Assembly: GCA_965224025.1 (NCBI GenBank)
Contig: OZ245033.1
Location: 4,480,001-4,544,000 of the forward strand
Direction: 5' to 3'
Length of the DNA stretch: 64,000 bases
DNA from: Candidatus Multivorans sp.
Lineage (GTDB): Bacteria; Acidobacteriota; Thermoanaerobaculia; Multivoradales; Multivoraceae
A model generated the notes under the pieces. That model was not told where the DNA came from, made no database searches, and saw only the letters and a program-made list of their open reading frames with translations. Numbering within the stretch: position 1 is the first letter of the stretch; each line of letters starts with the position of its first letter. The position numbers and the translations under genes were made by a program. Below are positions 39,207-49,705 of this stretch, piece by piece.

Positions 39207-40949
39207 CTACAGCGAGGCGAGTCCGCTTCCAGCAGAGCGTCGCAACTCCGCCGACGACGTGTCTCCGGGTGCGCGGGCCTTCTGGCCCGCATCCGGCGAA
39301 CCACTCAGCCCGAGCCCCCACAGCCAGGCCACTATCGCCCCCAAGGGCACGTACCAGGGCCAGGCCAGTAGTTCCCCGCCCGGCCCCTCCGCCCAGCGCC
39401 ACAACGCCAGCACCACGGCCGCGCCCAGGATCAACAACAGACTTGCTCCAATCCGGCCGCGACCGTCCGTCGTCAACCAGGTTCCGAGCAGCACGGCGCC
39501 ACCGAGCAGGCACACCCAACCCGCAACTGGTTGGCGCCAGGCCACGGCGAACACAGCGAGGACGGACAGCGGCCCGGACCACAGGAAGCCGCGGCCGTCG
39601 CGACCGCGGGGCGCAAGCGCAAGAACGACCGCGGCCATCAGCGCCCCGCCGGTGTAGCCGGCCATCGCCAACGCCAGGTCCAACAACGCGTCGTACCGGG
39701 CCGCCACGGAGTCCATCAGCAGCGATGTCAAGCCCAGCACCAGCCCCCAACCGAGGACCAGCAGCCGCGGCAGCCGCAGACTGTCGCCGCGACGCCCCCG
39801 CCGACCCAGCAGCGACGACGTGGTCTGCGCCAGGGCCGCGAGAATGGAGTCGAGACTCGAGATCGCCGCGGCCAGCGCCCCGGCCACGACCAGGCCCTTC
39901 AGGCCGACCGCCACCGCCTCGACCGCGAACACCGCGAAGATCCGATCGGGCTGCTCCGCCACGATCGCCGCCGCCGCACCTTGAAGCGGCGCCTGCTCGT
40001 AGTAGGCCCACAGCCCGATCCCGACCAGGGCGAACGCGAACGAGACGATCACGGACACGCTGCTGGCCACCACCGCCCGTTGGGCGTCCTGCGCACTCCG
40101 GCAACAGAAGATGCGCTGCGCCATCAACTGGTCAGTGCCGAAGGCCGCGAAGCCGCCGACCGTGGCGCCGATCAACGCTGCCCACAGGGTGTATGGCGTC
40201 GAGAGCGACGCCCTTAGGTCGAACAGCGTGAACTTCCCCTCCGTCCAGGCTGCCGCAACGGTCGTCGAGATGCCAGCCTCAATCTCCCAGACGACGACAC
40301 CCAAACTGACCGCGACGCCCACGAGGAACAGCAGAAAGAGCGCCGCGTCCGTCCAGACCACGGCGGCGATGCCGCCGAGCCAGGTCCAGAGGATGGCGAC
40401 GGCCATGATCGCTGCCACCGCGGCCACGTGGGGCGGCAGGCCGGTCGCGCTCTCGAGCCAGGCAAGCTCGCGGTGAAGCAGCACCCCGAGCACGACCGCC
40501 GAGAGGTAAACCCGCGCCGACTGCGCCAGCACCCCTCCCAGCCAGAACAGGCCGGTCGCCGTCTTGCGGACCGCCGCGCCCGAGCCGCCGAGCCGGCGCT
40601 CGATCAGGTCGTACGGGCTCATCACGTCGTAACGGTAGTAGGCCGGTACCAGCAGGCGCGCCACGAGCAGACGGGCGGCGACGTAGCCGAACAGCCCTAT
40701 CTGCAGGTAGGTCAGGTTGCCGCCCGGCCGGTGGACGATCGCGGGCAGGCTGATGTAGGTGACGGCGCTGATTTCGGTCGCCACCAGGGACGCCGCCACC
40801 GCATACCACGGCAGGTTGCGCGAGCCCCCGAAGTAGTCGCGCTCCGTCTTCTGCCGCCGCGACAGCGACCGCGACAGCAGCGTCAGGCCGACCAGCAGGG
40901 CGGCGAGGATCAGCCAGTCGAGCGTGCCGAAGGATCCGCTGAGTTGCAT
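39207..40949 (-). CDS. Sodium:solute symporter
   Basis: Many TMs, DYF.G.R.LPW, WTDA, DQLMAQR, AAAISSLDS. Confidence 0.88.
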   Translation of the reverse strand: MQLSGSFGTLDWLILAALLVGLTLLSRSLSRRQKTERDYFGGSRNLPWYAVAASLVATEISAVTYISLPAIVHRPGGNLTYLQIGLFGYVAARLLVARLLVPAYYRYDVMSPYDLIERRLGGSGAAVRKTATGLFWLGGVLAQSARVYLSAVVLGVLLHRELAWLESATGLPPHVAAVAAIMAVAILWTWLGGIAAVVWTDAALFLLFLVGVAVSLGVVVWEIEAGISTTVAAAWTEGKFTLFDLRASLSTPYTLWAALIGATVGGFAAFGTDQLMAQRIFCCRSAQDAQRAVVASSVSVIVSFAFALVGIGLWAYYEQAPLQGAAAAIVAEQPDRIFAVFAVEAVAVGLKGLVVAGALAAAISSLDSILAALAQTTSSLLGRRGRRGDSLRLPRLLVLGWGLVLGLTSLLMDSVAARYDALLDLALAMAGYTGGALMAAVVLALAPRGRDGRGFLWSGPLSVLAVFAVAWRQPVAGWVCLLGGAVLLGTWLTTDGRGRIGASLLLILGAAVVLALWRWAEGPGGELLAWPWYVPLGAIVAWLWGLGLSGSPDAGQKARAPGDTSSAELRRSAGSGLASL

Positions 40950-40981
40950 GCGCCCCTACTCAGGGGGGCTCTTCGAGTGAA

Positions 40982-42043
40982 TCACTCGCCGCCGGCGTAG
41001 ACGTCGCCCCGCGTACTCGTCGCCACCCGGTAGAGGCCGGTCCGGGCGGTCATGTAGAGGACGCTGCCGTCGCCGCCGAAGGCCGTGTTGGCCGGCAACT
41101 CGGCCGGTGCGATGGTGCCGAGGTGTCGGCCGTCGGGACTGAAGACGAGGACACCACCCGGTCCGGTAGCGAACACGTTGCCGGCAACATCGACGGCCAA
41201 GCCGTCCGGCGCTCCCTGCAGGTCCACCATGTCGCTGGCGTCGAAGAACATCTCGCCCTCGCCCAAGGTCAGGTCGTCGTTCACCGCGTACTTCTTCCAG
41301 TAGCGGTTGGGCGCCGCATCGGAGTTCGCCACGTACAGGATCTTCTCGTCCGGCGACAGGCCAAGACCGTTGGGGCGGGTCTGACCCGTTTCGAGCAGGG
41401 TCACGGTGCCGTCCGGGTCCAGGCGGTAGATGCCGTTGTGCTCCTGCTCCTTGTTCTCCGACGCGTCCTGTCCGTCCAACCCGTACGGAGGATCGGTGAA
41501 GAAAGCGGCGCCGCTCGAGTGGAACACGATGTCGTTCGGGCTGTTCAGCCGCTTGCCGTCGTAGCGGTCGGCCAGGGTCATCCGCTCGCCGTCGAGCGCC
41601 ATCGCGGACACCCGGCGGCCGCCGTGCTCGCACAGGACGAGCCGCCCGTCCGGATGGAGCGCCAGACCGTTCGAGCCGTTCATGCCGCCGCTGTCGGCGT
41701 CGTCGGGCAGCACGGGCTGCAGGAACACGACCTTGCCCTCGTTCTCGGACCAGCGGTAGACCGTGTTGCCCGGGATGTCGCTGAAGTACAGCCGGTCGGG
41801 ATCGCCGGGCACCCACACCGGACCCTCGGTGAATTCGAAGCCGTCGGCGACCTTCTCGACCACGGCGTCGACCGGCACCAGGTCGTCCATCGCCGGGTCG
41901 TTGCGCAGGACCGAACCGTCCGCCTCCGCCGCTTCAGTCGCTTCATCCACCATCGCTTCCGTCTCCTCCGTCTCGCCGCCGTAGCCGCAACCCGCGGCCA
42001 CCGCGACAGTCACTATCGTCATTCCGGCCAGAGCCTTCTTCAT
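40982..42043 (-). CDS. SMP-30/gluconolactonase family lipoprotein
   Basis: FTEGPVW, SNGL, LNSPND, PNG, PDG. Start ATG 42043 with GGAGAGG RBS. Confidence 0.9.
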   Translation of the reverse strand: MKKALAGMTIVTVAVAAGCGYGGETEETEAMVDEATEAAEADGSVLRNDPAMDDLVPVDAVVEKVADGFEFTEGPVWVPGDPDRLYFSDIPGNTVYRWSENEGKVVFLQPVLPDDADSGGMNGSNGLALHPDGRLVLCEHGGRRVSAMALDGERMTLADRYDGKRLNSPNDIVFHSSGAAFFTDPPYGLDGQDASENKEQEHNGIYRLDPDGTVTLLETGQTRPNGLGLSPDEKILYVANSDAAPNRYWKKYAVNDDLTLGEGEMFFDASDMVDLQGAPDGLAVDVAGNVFATGPGGVLVFSPDGRHLGTIAPAELPANTAFGGDGSVLYMTARTGLYRVATSTRGDVYAGGE

Positions 42044-42211
42044 CGCCCCTCTCCTCGTGTCGAACCGCCCCATCCCAACCCGGATCGGCTCAGGATAGCA
42101 ATCGGGATTCCCGCAGTGGTCGCGCGTTCCGGAGGGTGGACTTGCAGCCTGGCAGGGGAACGGAGGGGACCAGGCGGGTGTATTCTCGCTCCGTTGCCTC
42201 ATTCGCCCGCC

Positions 42212-43528
42212 ATGGACGCCGTGCGAGGACTCTCCCCCGCCGCGACGGTTCCACTCCTGGCGGGTCTGCTCTCCCTGGCCGCCATCACCGCCTGCCAATC
42301 GTCTGGACCCCCAGTGTCTCCAGGGACCACAGCGCGCTTGTCCCCACCGAGATCGGCAGAATCGGCGACGGCGGCACCCGTGCTTCGCGACGCTGCGCCC
42401 GAAGCGGCCGGCTTCGATCCGGAGCGCCTGCGACAGGCCGCGAACCTGCTGGACGCGGCCGTCGACGACGGCGTCACACCCGGCGGCGTCCTGCTGGTGG
42501 CCCGCCGCGGGGCCGTTGTCCTCAAACGGGGCGCGGGCCGCCTGACCTACGACGAGGGCTCGCCCGCCGTCACCCCGTCGACGATCTACGACCTGGCGTC
42601 GCTGACCAAGGCCATCGCGACGACGACGCTGATGATGCGCCGGGTCGAAGCGGGCGTGCTCGACCTCGACGCCACCGCCGCGTCCTACCTGCCCGAACTC
42701 GGGGGGTCACCGGTCGGCGACGCGACGCTGCGGGACCTGCTCGCCCACTCCAGCGGTCTGCCCTGCTGCACCGAGCTGTTCCGGGAGGTCGGAGAGGGCC
42801 TGGACCGCGACGAGGCGCACGCCCGTTACCTGGAGCACATCGCCGGCACGGAACTGGCAGTGCGCCGGCGCGAACGGGCGATCTACTCCGACCTGGGCGT
42901 ACTGCTCCTGGGGGAGATCCTGGAGCGCAGCTCGGACCGCGGCCTGGCGGTGCAGGTCGAGGACGAGGTCCTCGAACCCCTGGGTCTGGCCGACACCGGC
43001 TACCTCCCGCCGGAAGACCTGCGCGAACGGATCGCGCCGACCGAGTATGACTCCTGGCGCGGACGACTGCCTCACGGCGAGGTCCACGACGAGAACACGC
43101 TCGCGCTGGGGGGCATTGCCGCGCACGCGGGTCTCTTCGGCACCGCCCGCGATGTCGCCGCGTTCGGCCAGGCGATCCTGAACGGCGGCGCCTACGGAGG
43201 GCGCCGGCTCGCCAGCGCCAAGACGGTCGCCCTCTTCACCCGCCGAGCCGAGCTCGTCCCCGGCAGCAGCCGCGCGCTCGGCTGGGACACACCCTCCCAA
43301 CCGAGTTCTGCCGGCCGCTACTTCTCCGCGCGCTCGTTCGGCCACACCGGCTTCACCGGCACGTCGCTCTGGATCGACCCCGAGCTCGACCTGATCGTCG
43401 TCCTGCTGACGAACCGTGTCCACCCGACCCGGGAGAACATCGCGATCAGAAGGCTCCGCCCGGCGATCCACGACGCGGTTGTCCAAGCCATCGACGACCG
43501 CGAGATCGTGCCGCGCGACACCGGCTGA
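42212..43528 (+). CDS. Serine hydrolase, beta-lactamase class C-related family
   Basis: SLTK (SxxK), LLAHSSG, YSD, GEVHDEN, GHTGFTG. Start ATG 42212. Confidence 0.88.
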   Translation: MDAVRGLSPAATVPLLAGLLSLAAITACQSSGPPVSPGTTARLSPPRSAESATAAPVLRDAAPEAAGFDPERLRQAANLLDAAVDDGVTPGGVLLVARRGAVVLKRGAGRLTYDEGSPAVTPSTIYDLASLTKAIATTTLMMRRVEAGVLDLDATAASYLPELGGSPVGDATLRDLLAHSSGLPCCTELFREVGEGLDRDEAHARYLEHIAGTELAVRRRERAIYSDLGVLLLGEILERSSDRGLAVQVEDEVLEPLGLADTGYLPPEDLRERIAPTEYDSWRGRLPHGEVHDENTLALGGIAAHAGLFGTARDVAAFGQAILNGGAYGGRRLASAKTVALFTRRAELVPGSSRALGWDTPSQPSSAGRYFSARSFGHTGFTGTSLWIDPELDLIVVLLTNRVHPTRENIAIRRLRPAIHDAVVQAIDDREIVPRDTG

Positions 43529-43587
43529 ACGCCCTACCCGCATATTTTACCGATGACCTACTGTGGCCCTCGGTGAAACATGCGGGG

Positions 43588-44310
43588 TTAGAGGACCACC
43601 CCCAACCCGCGCAGATCCCGTTCGGCCTGCTCCTCCCAGCCTCGGTTCGCGGCCGGACTCGCCGGGCTCGGGTGCAGCATCCGGCCGATCGGCACGTTCA
43701 CCTCGCCGAGCGCCCGTCGCGCGCGGCCCTCCGCGAAGTTCCCGATGCCGACCACCAGCCGCGGCTCGACAAGCTGAACCGCCTGCTTCAGAGCCCGATC
43801 GCAAGCCGCGAACAGCGGCGCCTTCTCCCGCGCCGGTAACCGGTCCGGGGTCAGATTTGCGCCGGTCTCACCGAGGAAAGCCAGCGGGCAGTAGTTCCAG
43901 ATCAGAAAGCGGGAGAAGAACGCTTCCCGACTACCGAAGCGCCGCTCCGCCCAACCCCAGACCCGGCGGCCGCTGACCTCGCTCCGCTCGCAGCCAAAGC
44001 CCAGGATCGGACGCTTCGGGTGCTGATCGACCGGTGGTTCGACCCCGTTCCCGATCCCCAGCCAGTCCCGCACATGGGCCACCTCCCCGAACGGCACCCC
44101 GGTCTGGGTCATGCCCCAGGGCCCCGGGTTCATTCCGACCAGCAGCACCCGGCCGGCCGCCGTGCCGCCGAGGCGCAGGTAGGCATGATGCGCCCCGCGC
44201 GCGTAGATCAACGGGTTGTAGACATGCGCGACCGGCGGCCCGAACTCAAGCCGGTCGACTGTCGAGGCCAGCTCGTCCGCGGTCGCCGTCAGCGGGGAAC
44301 GCGACGCCAC
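43588..44310 (-). CDS. SMUG1-like (family 3) uracil-DNA glycosylase
   Basis: YNPL.YA, GMNPGPWGM.QTGVPFG, EVSG.R.W, NYCPL, HPSP. Confidence 0.9.
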   Translation of the reverse strand: MASRSPLTATADELASTVDRLEFGPPVAHVYNPLIYARGAHHAYLRLGGTAAGRVLLVGMNPGPWGMTQTGVPFGEVAHVRDWLGIGNGVEPPVDQHPKRPILGFGCERSEVSGRRVWGWAERRFGSREAFFSRFLIWNYCPLAFLGETGANLTPDRLPAREKAPLFAACDRALKQAVQLVEPRLVVGIGNFAEGRARRALGEVNVPIGRMLHPSPASPAANRGWEEQAERDLRGLGVVL

Positions 44311-44316
44311 AGGCTT

Positions 44317-45888
44317 CTAGACGATCCGCGACATGCGGCCCGTCCAGTACCGGTCGCGCAGCAGGCGCTTGTAGAGCTTGCCGGTAGGCAGCCGCGGGAG
44401 CCGCTCCTCGAAGTCGATCGACTTCGGCGCCTTGTAGTGCGCAACTCGCTCGCGTGCGTAGGCCATCAGTTCCTCCGTCACTTCCGGGCTTTCCTCAAAC
44501 CCGGGCATCAACTGCACGACCGCCTTGACCTCCTCGCCCATGTCCTCGTTGGGCACGCCGATGACCGCCGCGTCGGCGACCTTCGGGTGGACAACCAGCG
44601 CGTCCTCGATCTCCTGGGGATAGATGTTCACTCCCCCCGAGATGATCATGAACGCCTTGCGGTCGGTCAGGAACAGGTAGCCGTCCTCGTCCAGGTAGCC
44701 GATGTCGCCGAGCGTGCTCCAGCGCGGGTGAACCGGGTGCCGCGAACCCAGGGTCTTCTCCTTGTCGCCGTGGTACTCGAACAGGTCCGCGTCCTCCGGT
44801 GGCTCGAAGTAGATCGTTCCGGGCTCGGCGACAGCCAACTCACCGCCGTCGTCGCCGCAGATGTGGATCGTCGCCGTGAGGCATTGGCCGACCGTGCCGG
44901 GGCGTTCCAGCCACTCCTCTGTTTCCACCGCGCACATCCCGTTGCCTTCGGTGCCCGCGTAGTACTCCAGGATGATCGGTCCCCACCACTCGATCATCCT
45001 GCGCTTGACATCCACCGGGCATGGCGCGGCGGCATGAATCGCCCGCTGGTGGCTCGACAGGTCGTAGCGCGTCCGCGCTTCCTCGGGCAGCTTGAGCATC
45101 CGGTTGAACATCGTGGGGACCCACTGGCTAACGTTGACCCCATGGTCCTCGATCGCCTTGAGCGCCAGCTCCGGGTCGAACCGCTCCAGGACCACGACGG
45201 TGCCGCCGAGCGTTTGCGTGCCGCCGCTGAAGCCAATTGGCGCCGCGTGGTAGAGCGGCGCGGGCGACAGGTAGATCGAATCGGCATCGATGCCGTAGAT
45301 GCTCGTCAGCACCTCGAACCGCTGGTCCGGCATCTCCTCCACCGACAGTCCCGAAAGCGGCCGCAGGATGCCCTTCGGCCGCCCCGTCGTGCCCGAGCTG
45401 TAGAGCATCGTGCTGCCGCGCGGCTGCTCGGCAAGCGGTTCGGGGGGGTACCGCACCGTCGCCTCGCCGTAGTCATCCCAGCCCGCGGGGATGCCGAGCC
45501 GGTCGTCGTCGACCATCAGGCGGCTGGGGCAGGTTGGAATCAGGTCGGGAAGCTCAGCGCAGACCTCGGCCAACTTCGCCGACGCCACGATTCCCGCCGC
45601 TCCGCAGTCCTCGACGATGTGCGCCGCTTCTTCGGCCGTCAGGTAGCTGTTCACCGTGGTCAGGTAGAGACCCGAACGGATCGCCGCCCAGTAGACCTCG
45701 AAGTAGCGCGGATGGTTCTCCATGAAGATCGCCGCGTGGTCACCGGGCCGCAGGCCCTGCGCGTACCAGAGCTGCGCCAGCCGGTTCGACCGTCGATCGA
45801 GCTCCAGGTAGCTGACCGACTCACCAGTGCCGGCCATGATCACCGCAGGCTTGTCAGGCTCCTCGCGCGCGTATCTGCCGGGATACAT
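44317..45888 (-). CDS. Acyl-CoA synthetase (AMP-binding)
   Basis: YSSGTTGRPKG, YYAGTE, GD.GYLD, TGKL. Confidence 0.92.
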   Translation of the reverse strand: MYPGRYAREEPDKPAVIMAGTGESVSYLELDRRSNRLAQLWYAQGLRPGDHAAIFMENHPRYFEVYWAAIRSGLYLTTVNSYLTAEEAAHIVEDCGAAGIVASAKLAEVCAELPDLIPTCPSRLMVDDDRLGIPAGWDDYGEATVRYPPEPLAEQPRGSTMLYSSGTTGRPKGILRPLSGLSVEEMPDQRFEVLTSIYGIDADSIYLSPAPLYHAAPIGFSGGTQTLGGTVVVLERFDPELALKAIEDHGVNVSQWVPTMFNRMLKLPEEARTRYDLSSHQRAIHAAAPCPVDVKRRMIEWWGPIILEYYAGTEGNGMCAVETEEWLERPGTVGQCLTATIHICGDDGGELAVAEPGTIYFEPPEDADLFEYHGDKEKTLGSRHPVHPRWSTLGDIGYLDEDGYLFLTDRKAFMIISGGVNIYPQEIEDALVVHPKVADAAVIGVPNEDMGEEVKAVVQLMPGFEESPEVTEELMAYARERVAHYKAPKSIDFEERLPRLPTGKLYKRLLRDRYWTGRMSRIV

Positions 45889-45925
45889 CGCGACTCGCTC
45901 TCCTACCGGTCGCTCCGCCTGCGAC

Positions 45926-46474
45926 TCAGGAGCCCACCGGCGCCATCTGCCAACTGACCATCAACTCGGCGCGGCAGGGCAGGACCCGGGTCACGTCGAT
46001 CTCGATGTCGGCGTCGACCATCGCGCTGTCCGGCGCATCGAAGCGGCCGACGATCTCCGCTTGGACATAGCCGTCATTGTCGACCCGGAAGTCGTTCGGA
46101 GTGCGGAACCTGAAGCCGGCGTTGCGCAGCGGAATACGCAGGTCGAGATTCCCGAACCGCTTGAACGCGTTGACCAGCGTGTCGCAGGCTTCCGGCTGGC
46201 CCTGAGCCATGTCGCCAAGACCGGGCAGACTGACGATGAAGGCGGTGAGAACCGCCTCGTCATCGTCGCGCTCGAGGACGAAACGCAACTCCTCGCCCTG
46301 CGCGCCCGTGCCCACCCATTCGCCGACCGAGAAGACGACCAGCTCGACGCCCAGCAGGTCGCCCCGTTTGTCGCAACCCCCGAGCGCGAGGACGAGCAGC
46401 GACGTGGCGAGAACGAGAGCCGCGCGGCGCAGGCGGCCCGCAGGCCGGGCGGACGGAAGGTCTCGTGTGAGCAT
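45926..46474 (-). CDS. Hypothetical lipoprotein
   Basis: ATG 46474, lipobox LGGC. This is the C-terminal part of ORF 45926..47602. Confidence 0.65.
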   Translation of the reverse strand: MLTRDLPSARPAGRLRRAALVLATSLLVLALGGCDKRGDLLGVELVVFSVGEWVGTGAQGEELRFVLERDDDEAVLTAFIVSLPGLGDMAQGQPEACDTLVNAFKRFGNLDLRIPLRNAGFRFRTPNDFRVDNDGYVQAEIVGRFDAPDSAMVDADIEIDVTRVLPCRAELMVSWQMAPVGS

Positions 46475-46482
46475 CGGAGGAT

Positions 46483-47979
46483 TCAGCCTATCGCAGCGCC
46501 GTCCGTCCGCCGCCACCTCGATATCAGCAGTCCGACACCGAAGATCGCCAGCGTGCCGATGACGGTGATCATGTAGCTGTGCAGCGGGTTCCGCAGCATC
46601 GCCAATCCCCCTTCGAGCCGCGGTGAGGCGGTCATCCACACGATGACCAGCACGCCGACCGCCACGCCAGACTGGGCCGCGGCCCGGCCCGCCCGCGGCG
46701 CCAGCCGGTCGAGCGCGAACAGCCCGAGCAGGCCGCCGGCAAAGATGCCCGACCACGTCCACCAGCGGTCGAGCAGGCTGCCGGCGCCGATCATGAGCAG
46801 GGCGGCGCCGGTACCGAGCACGCCCACACCGACAGTCGCCCGGCGCAACACCCGCAGGTCCTCCGCTTCCGCCCCGTCCGGACCCGGCGCCGGCCGGATG
46901 TATGTGCGGTAGATGTCGGAGAGGAACACGGTCGCCGAACTGTTGAGGGACGTATCGATGCTGCTCATCGCGGCGGCAAACAGCGCCGCGATCAGAAGAC
47001 CCGCGGCGCCCGCCGGCAGCCGGGTCGAGATGTAGTGCGGGAACGCCTGGTCGGCCGCAACTCCGGCGGCCTCGGGCTGCCCCTGGAAGACGACGAACAG
47101 CCCGGTCCCGATGAAGAAAAACAGCGCCGATACCGGCAGGTAGAGGCCGGCCGCCAGCCAGACGGAGCGCGACGCCGCGCGGTCGCTGTTGGCGGCGTGG
47201 TAGCGCTGCACGTAGCTCTGGTCGATGCCGAAGTTGTTGAAGTTGATGAACAGACCGTAGGTCAGGACGACCCAGAAGGTCGACGTCGTGAACTCGAACG
47301 CGAAGCTGCCGAGCGAGAACTTCTCCGCGGCGTTCGCCGCTTCGACCAATCCGCCGAAGCCGCCCGGCGCGTCGACGACCAGGAGCCCGACCATGACCAG
47401 CGCACCGACGGTGAGCACGACGCTCTGGATCACGTCGGTCCAGATGACCGCTTCGATGCCGCCGATCAGGGTGTAGATCGTCACCACGACGCCGGTGCTC
47501 AGGATGATCCAGGCCACCGGCCAGCCGGTCAGCGCGTTCATCGCCAGCGCGACGCCGAACAGGATCGAGCCGACGCGCGCGAACTGGGTCAGCAGGTAGC
47601 ACGCCACGGCGTAGGTGCGCGCCCAGCGGCCGAAACGAGCCTCAAGGTGGTGGTAGGCCGACACCGCGCCGCCCACCGTGCCGCAACGCCGGTAGAACGG
47701 GATCCACCAGCGCGCCGCCAAAAAGGCCGCCACCGGCAGAGACAGCGAGAACACGAAGGCGTTCCAGTTGCCGCCGAAGGCCTGCCCCGGCACGCCGATG
47801 AAGGTGTTGCTGGAGAGGAACGTGCCGAACATCGACAGGCCCACCGCCCAGCCCGGCAGCACGCCGCCGGCGATCATGAACCCGCGCGCCGTTCGGCTCC
47901 GGCGGGCCAGGGAGAGGCCGAGAGCGATGACCGCCAGGAGATAGGCGGCGAAGACGACGAGGTCGAGACCCGCAGTCAC
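46483..47979 (-). CDS. Sodium:solute symporter (SiaT-like sugar-acid transporter)
   Basis: AVIWTDVIQ, IDQSYVQRY, AAAMSSID. GTG 47979 overlaps the stop of the sialidase-like gene. Confidence 0.88.
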   Translation of the reverse strand: MTAGLDLVVFAAYLLAVIALGLSLARRSRTARGFMIAGGVLPGWAVGLSMFGTFLSSNTFIGVPGQAFGGNWNAFVFSLSLPVAAFLAARWWIPFYRRCGTVGGAVSAYHHLEARFGRWARTYAVACYLLTQFARVGSILFGVALAMNALTGWPVAWIILSTGVVVTIYTLIGGIEAVIWTDVIQSVVLTVGALVMVGLLVVDAPGGFGGLVEAANAAEKFSLGSFAFEFTTSTFWVVLTYGLFINFNNFGIDQSYVQRYHAANSDRAASRSVWLAAGLYLPVSALFFFIGTGLFVVFQGQPEAAGVAADQAFPHYISTRLPAGAAGLLIAALFAAAMSSIDTSLNSSATVFLSDIYRTYIRPAPGPDGAEAEDLRVLRRATVGVGVLGTGAALLMIGAGSLLDRWWTWSGIFAGGLLGLFALDRLAPRAGRAAAQSGVAVGVLVIVWMTASPRLEGGLAMLRNPLHSYMITVIGTLAIFGVGLLISRWRRTDGAAIG

Positions 47980-49169
47980 TCGGAGGCCGGCGCCAGCACC
48001 GGCGCTTCCTCCGGCCACTCGGCGCCGGACATCGGATGCCGCGGCAGCGCGGCCGGATCGAGCACCACGTGCCGGATGCGGGTGCGCCGGTGGGTGTAGG
48101 TCACATGGACCCGCCCGTCGCGGGTCTGGATGACCGCCGGGTAGGAGTACTCACCGTCCTGGTCCTCCAGCATCAGGGCCGCATCCCAGGTTTCTCCGTC
48201 GTCCGACAGCGCCGCGTTCAGGCGGGCGCGCGATCCCGCCCAGGCGCCGCCTGTTCGCACCTTGTGGTTGTAGACGAGGAAGTGTCTACCGTCGGCCAGG
48301 GTCACGCCGTCGATGCCGGCGTCCGGGTTGGGCAGACCGGTGGCGAAGATCGGCCCCCAGGTCCGGCCCGCGTCGGCGGAGCGGGAAGCGGCGATGCGGC
48401 TCTGCTTGGAACGGAACAGCGCCAGGAGCTCGCCGTCGCCAAGCGTCAGGATCGTCGGCTGGATGATCCAGAAGTGCTCGCCCGCCGATGTCTTGCCGGC
48501 CAGCCCGTCGGTGCGCGTCCAAGTGTGTCCCAGGTCGACCGAATGCTCGAAGTGCGCGCGCCAGGCGGGAGGCGCCGGGGCATCCTCGATGCTCGACCCG
48601 GCCAGCAGCGAACCGTCGGCCAAGGTGACCGGCTTGTTCTTGATCGGACCGAGGATGCCGTCCGGCAGCCGCCGCGGCTCGCTCCATGCCAGGCCCTCGT
48701 CTTCCGACTCCATGACCATGCCCCACCACTGCGGCGGACTCGGACCGACCTTGTAGAACAGGAGCAGCGGTGCAGCGTCCCGCAGCGACTGGAAGAGCAC
48801 CGGATTCCAGGTCGGGTAGCGGCCGCCGCCGGCCTGGACGCCGTTGGCAACCTCGACGGGCGGCGTCCACCGATCGCTCGTTGGCGAAGCGGCCGAGATC
48901 GACCCGGCCCGCTCGGTTTCAAGCCGGCTGAACCAGATGCCGACATCGGAGTTGCGTTCTGCCGTACCGCCGAACCATGCAGCGACGAGCGCACCGGAGG
49001 CCGTTTCGGCGATCGTGGAGGCGTGGCACTCGGGGTGCGGCGCCGAATCGAAGATGAACTCGGCCAGCACGACTCCATTCTGGGCTGCGGCCGGAACCAC
49101 CATGACTGCCACGGCCGCGGTCACCGCTGCCGCGAGGACGACGGCCGGGGCCTGGCCGCGGCCGGTCAG
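47976..49169 (-). CDS. Sialidase-like / BNR (Asp-box) beta-propeller protein, secreted
   Basis: CHASTI, WFGG..E, WNPVL, Asp-boxes SEDEGLAW, SVDLGHTW, SADAGRTW, SDDGETW, and EYSYP. Start may be CTG 49169 (GGAGG 7 nt upstream) rather than GTG 49124. Confidence 0.82.
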   Translation of the reverse strand: MTGRGQAPAVVLAAAVTAAVAVMVVPAAAQNGVVLAEFIFDSAPHPECHASTIAETASGALVAAWFGGTAERNSDVGIWFSRLETERAGSISAASPTSDRWTPPVEVANGVQAGGGRYPTWNPVLFQSLRDAAPLLLFYKVGPSPPQWWGMVMESEDEGLAWSEPRRLPDGILGPIKNKPVTLADGSLLAGSSIEDAPAPPAWRAHFEHSVDLGHTWTRTDGLAGKTSAGEHFWIIQPTILTLGDGELLALFRSKQSRIAASRSADAGRTWGPIFATGLPNPDAGIDGVTLADGRHFLVYNHKVRTGGAWAGSRARLNAALSDDGETWDAALMLEDQDGEYSYPAVIQTRDGRVHVTYTHRRTRIRHVVLDPAALPRHPMSGAEWPEEAPVLAPASE

Positions 49170-49705
49170 AGCTCGGCCTCCATGTCCACCCCCGCGAGCA
49201 CCAGTTCTTCCGCCTGCCGAACGATCTCGCGTGCGCGTGCCCGGAGTTCCCCGTCGGTCGCGCTGCTGATCGGATGCTCGATCACGGCGAACCGGTAGTC
49301 AGCCGCCCCGCAGGCGTGGGCCATCAGCTCGGCGCCGTCGACGAACGCCGACGTCATCACCCCGACCGCCGGCACACCCGTACGTTCGAACTCAACCGCA
49401 TCGTGCAGACTGCACGACGAGCAGCTCCCTCAGTCGCCGACACCGGTGATCACCAGCCGCCGTCTGGCCAGCCGGCGCGCCAGTTCGGGCTTCGCCGGAG
49501 CGCTGTAGTTCCCCTTCGTCGCCCGCTCCACCGAGGCGGCGCCCCAGCGATCCCGGAGCAGGGCTTCGAGATGGTCGAAGAGGGGCGCGACCCCCGCCTT
49601 GCCGTTCGAAAGCAGCGCTACCTCAATGCCGGCCAGCGCCGTCAGCCGAGGCGCCAATGCCAGGGACGGCGGAGAACCCTCCCAGGACGGATTGAGGACC
49701 TGCAC
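49166..49705 (-). CDS. UGSC-motif selenoprotein (in-frame TGA read as Sec at 49430-49432)
   Basis: ORFs 49430..49747 and 49166..49375 are in one frame: ...VITGVGD-U-GSCSSCSLHDAVEFE..GVPAV.... Start GTG 49705 or 49747. Confidence 0.85.
49398..49432 (-). promoter_or_regulatory. Bacterial SECIS-like hairpin
   Basis: TGA GGGAGCTGCTCG TCGTGCA-GTC-TGCACGA: 7-bp perfect stem, G at the start of the loop, loop begins 19 nt after the TGA. Confidence 0.75.

Noticed and set aside
33577-43528. Antibiotic resistance genes (B3 MBL-like and class C-like proteins)
   Set aside because: Fold motifs alone do not show beta-lactamase activity. Both families are broad hydrolases and lie in a metabolic context.
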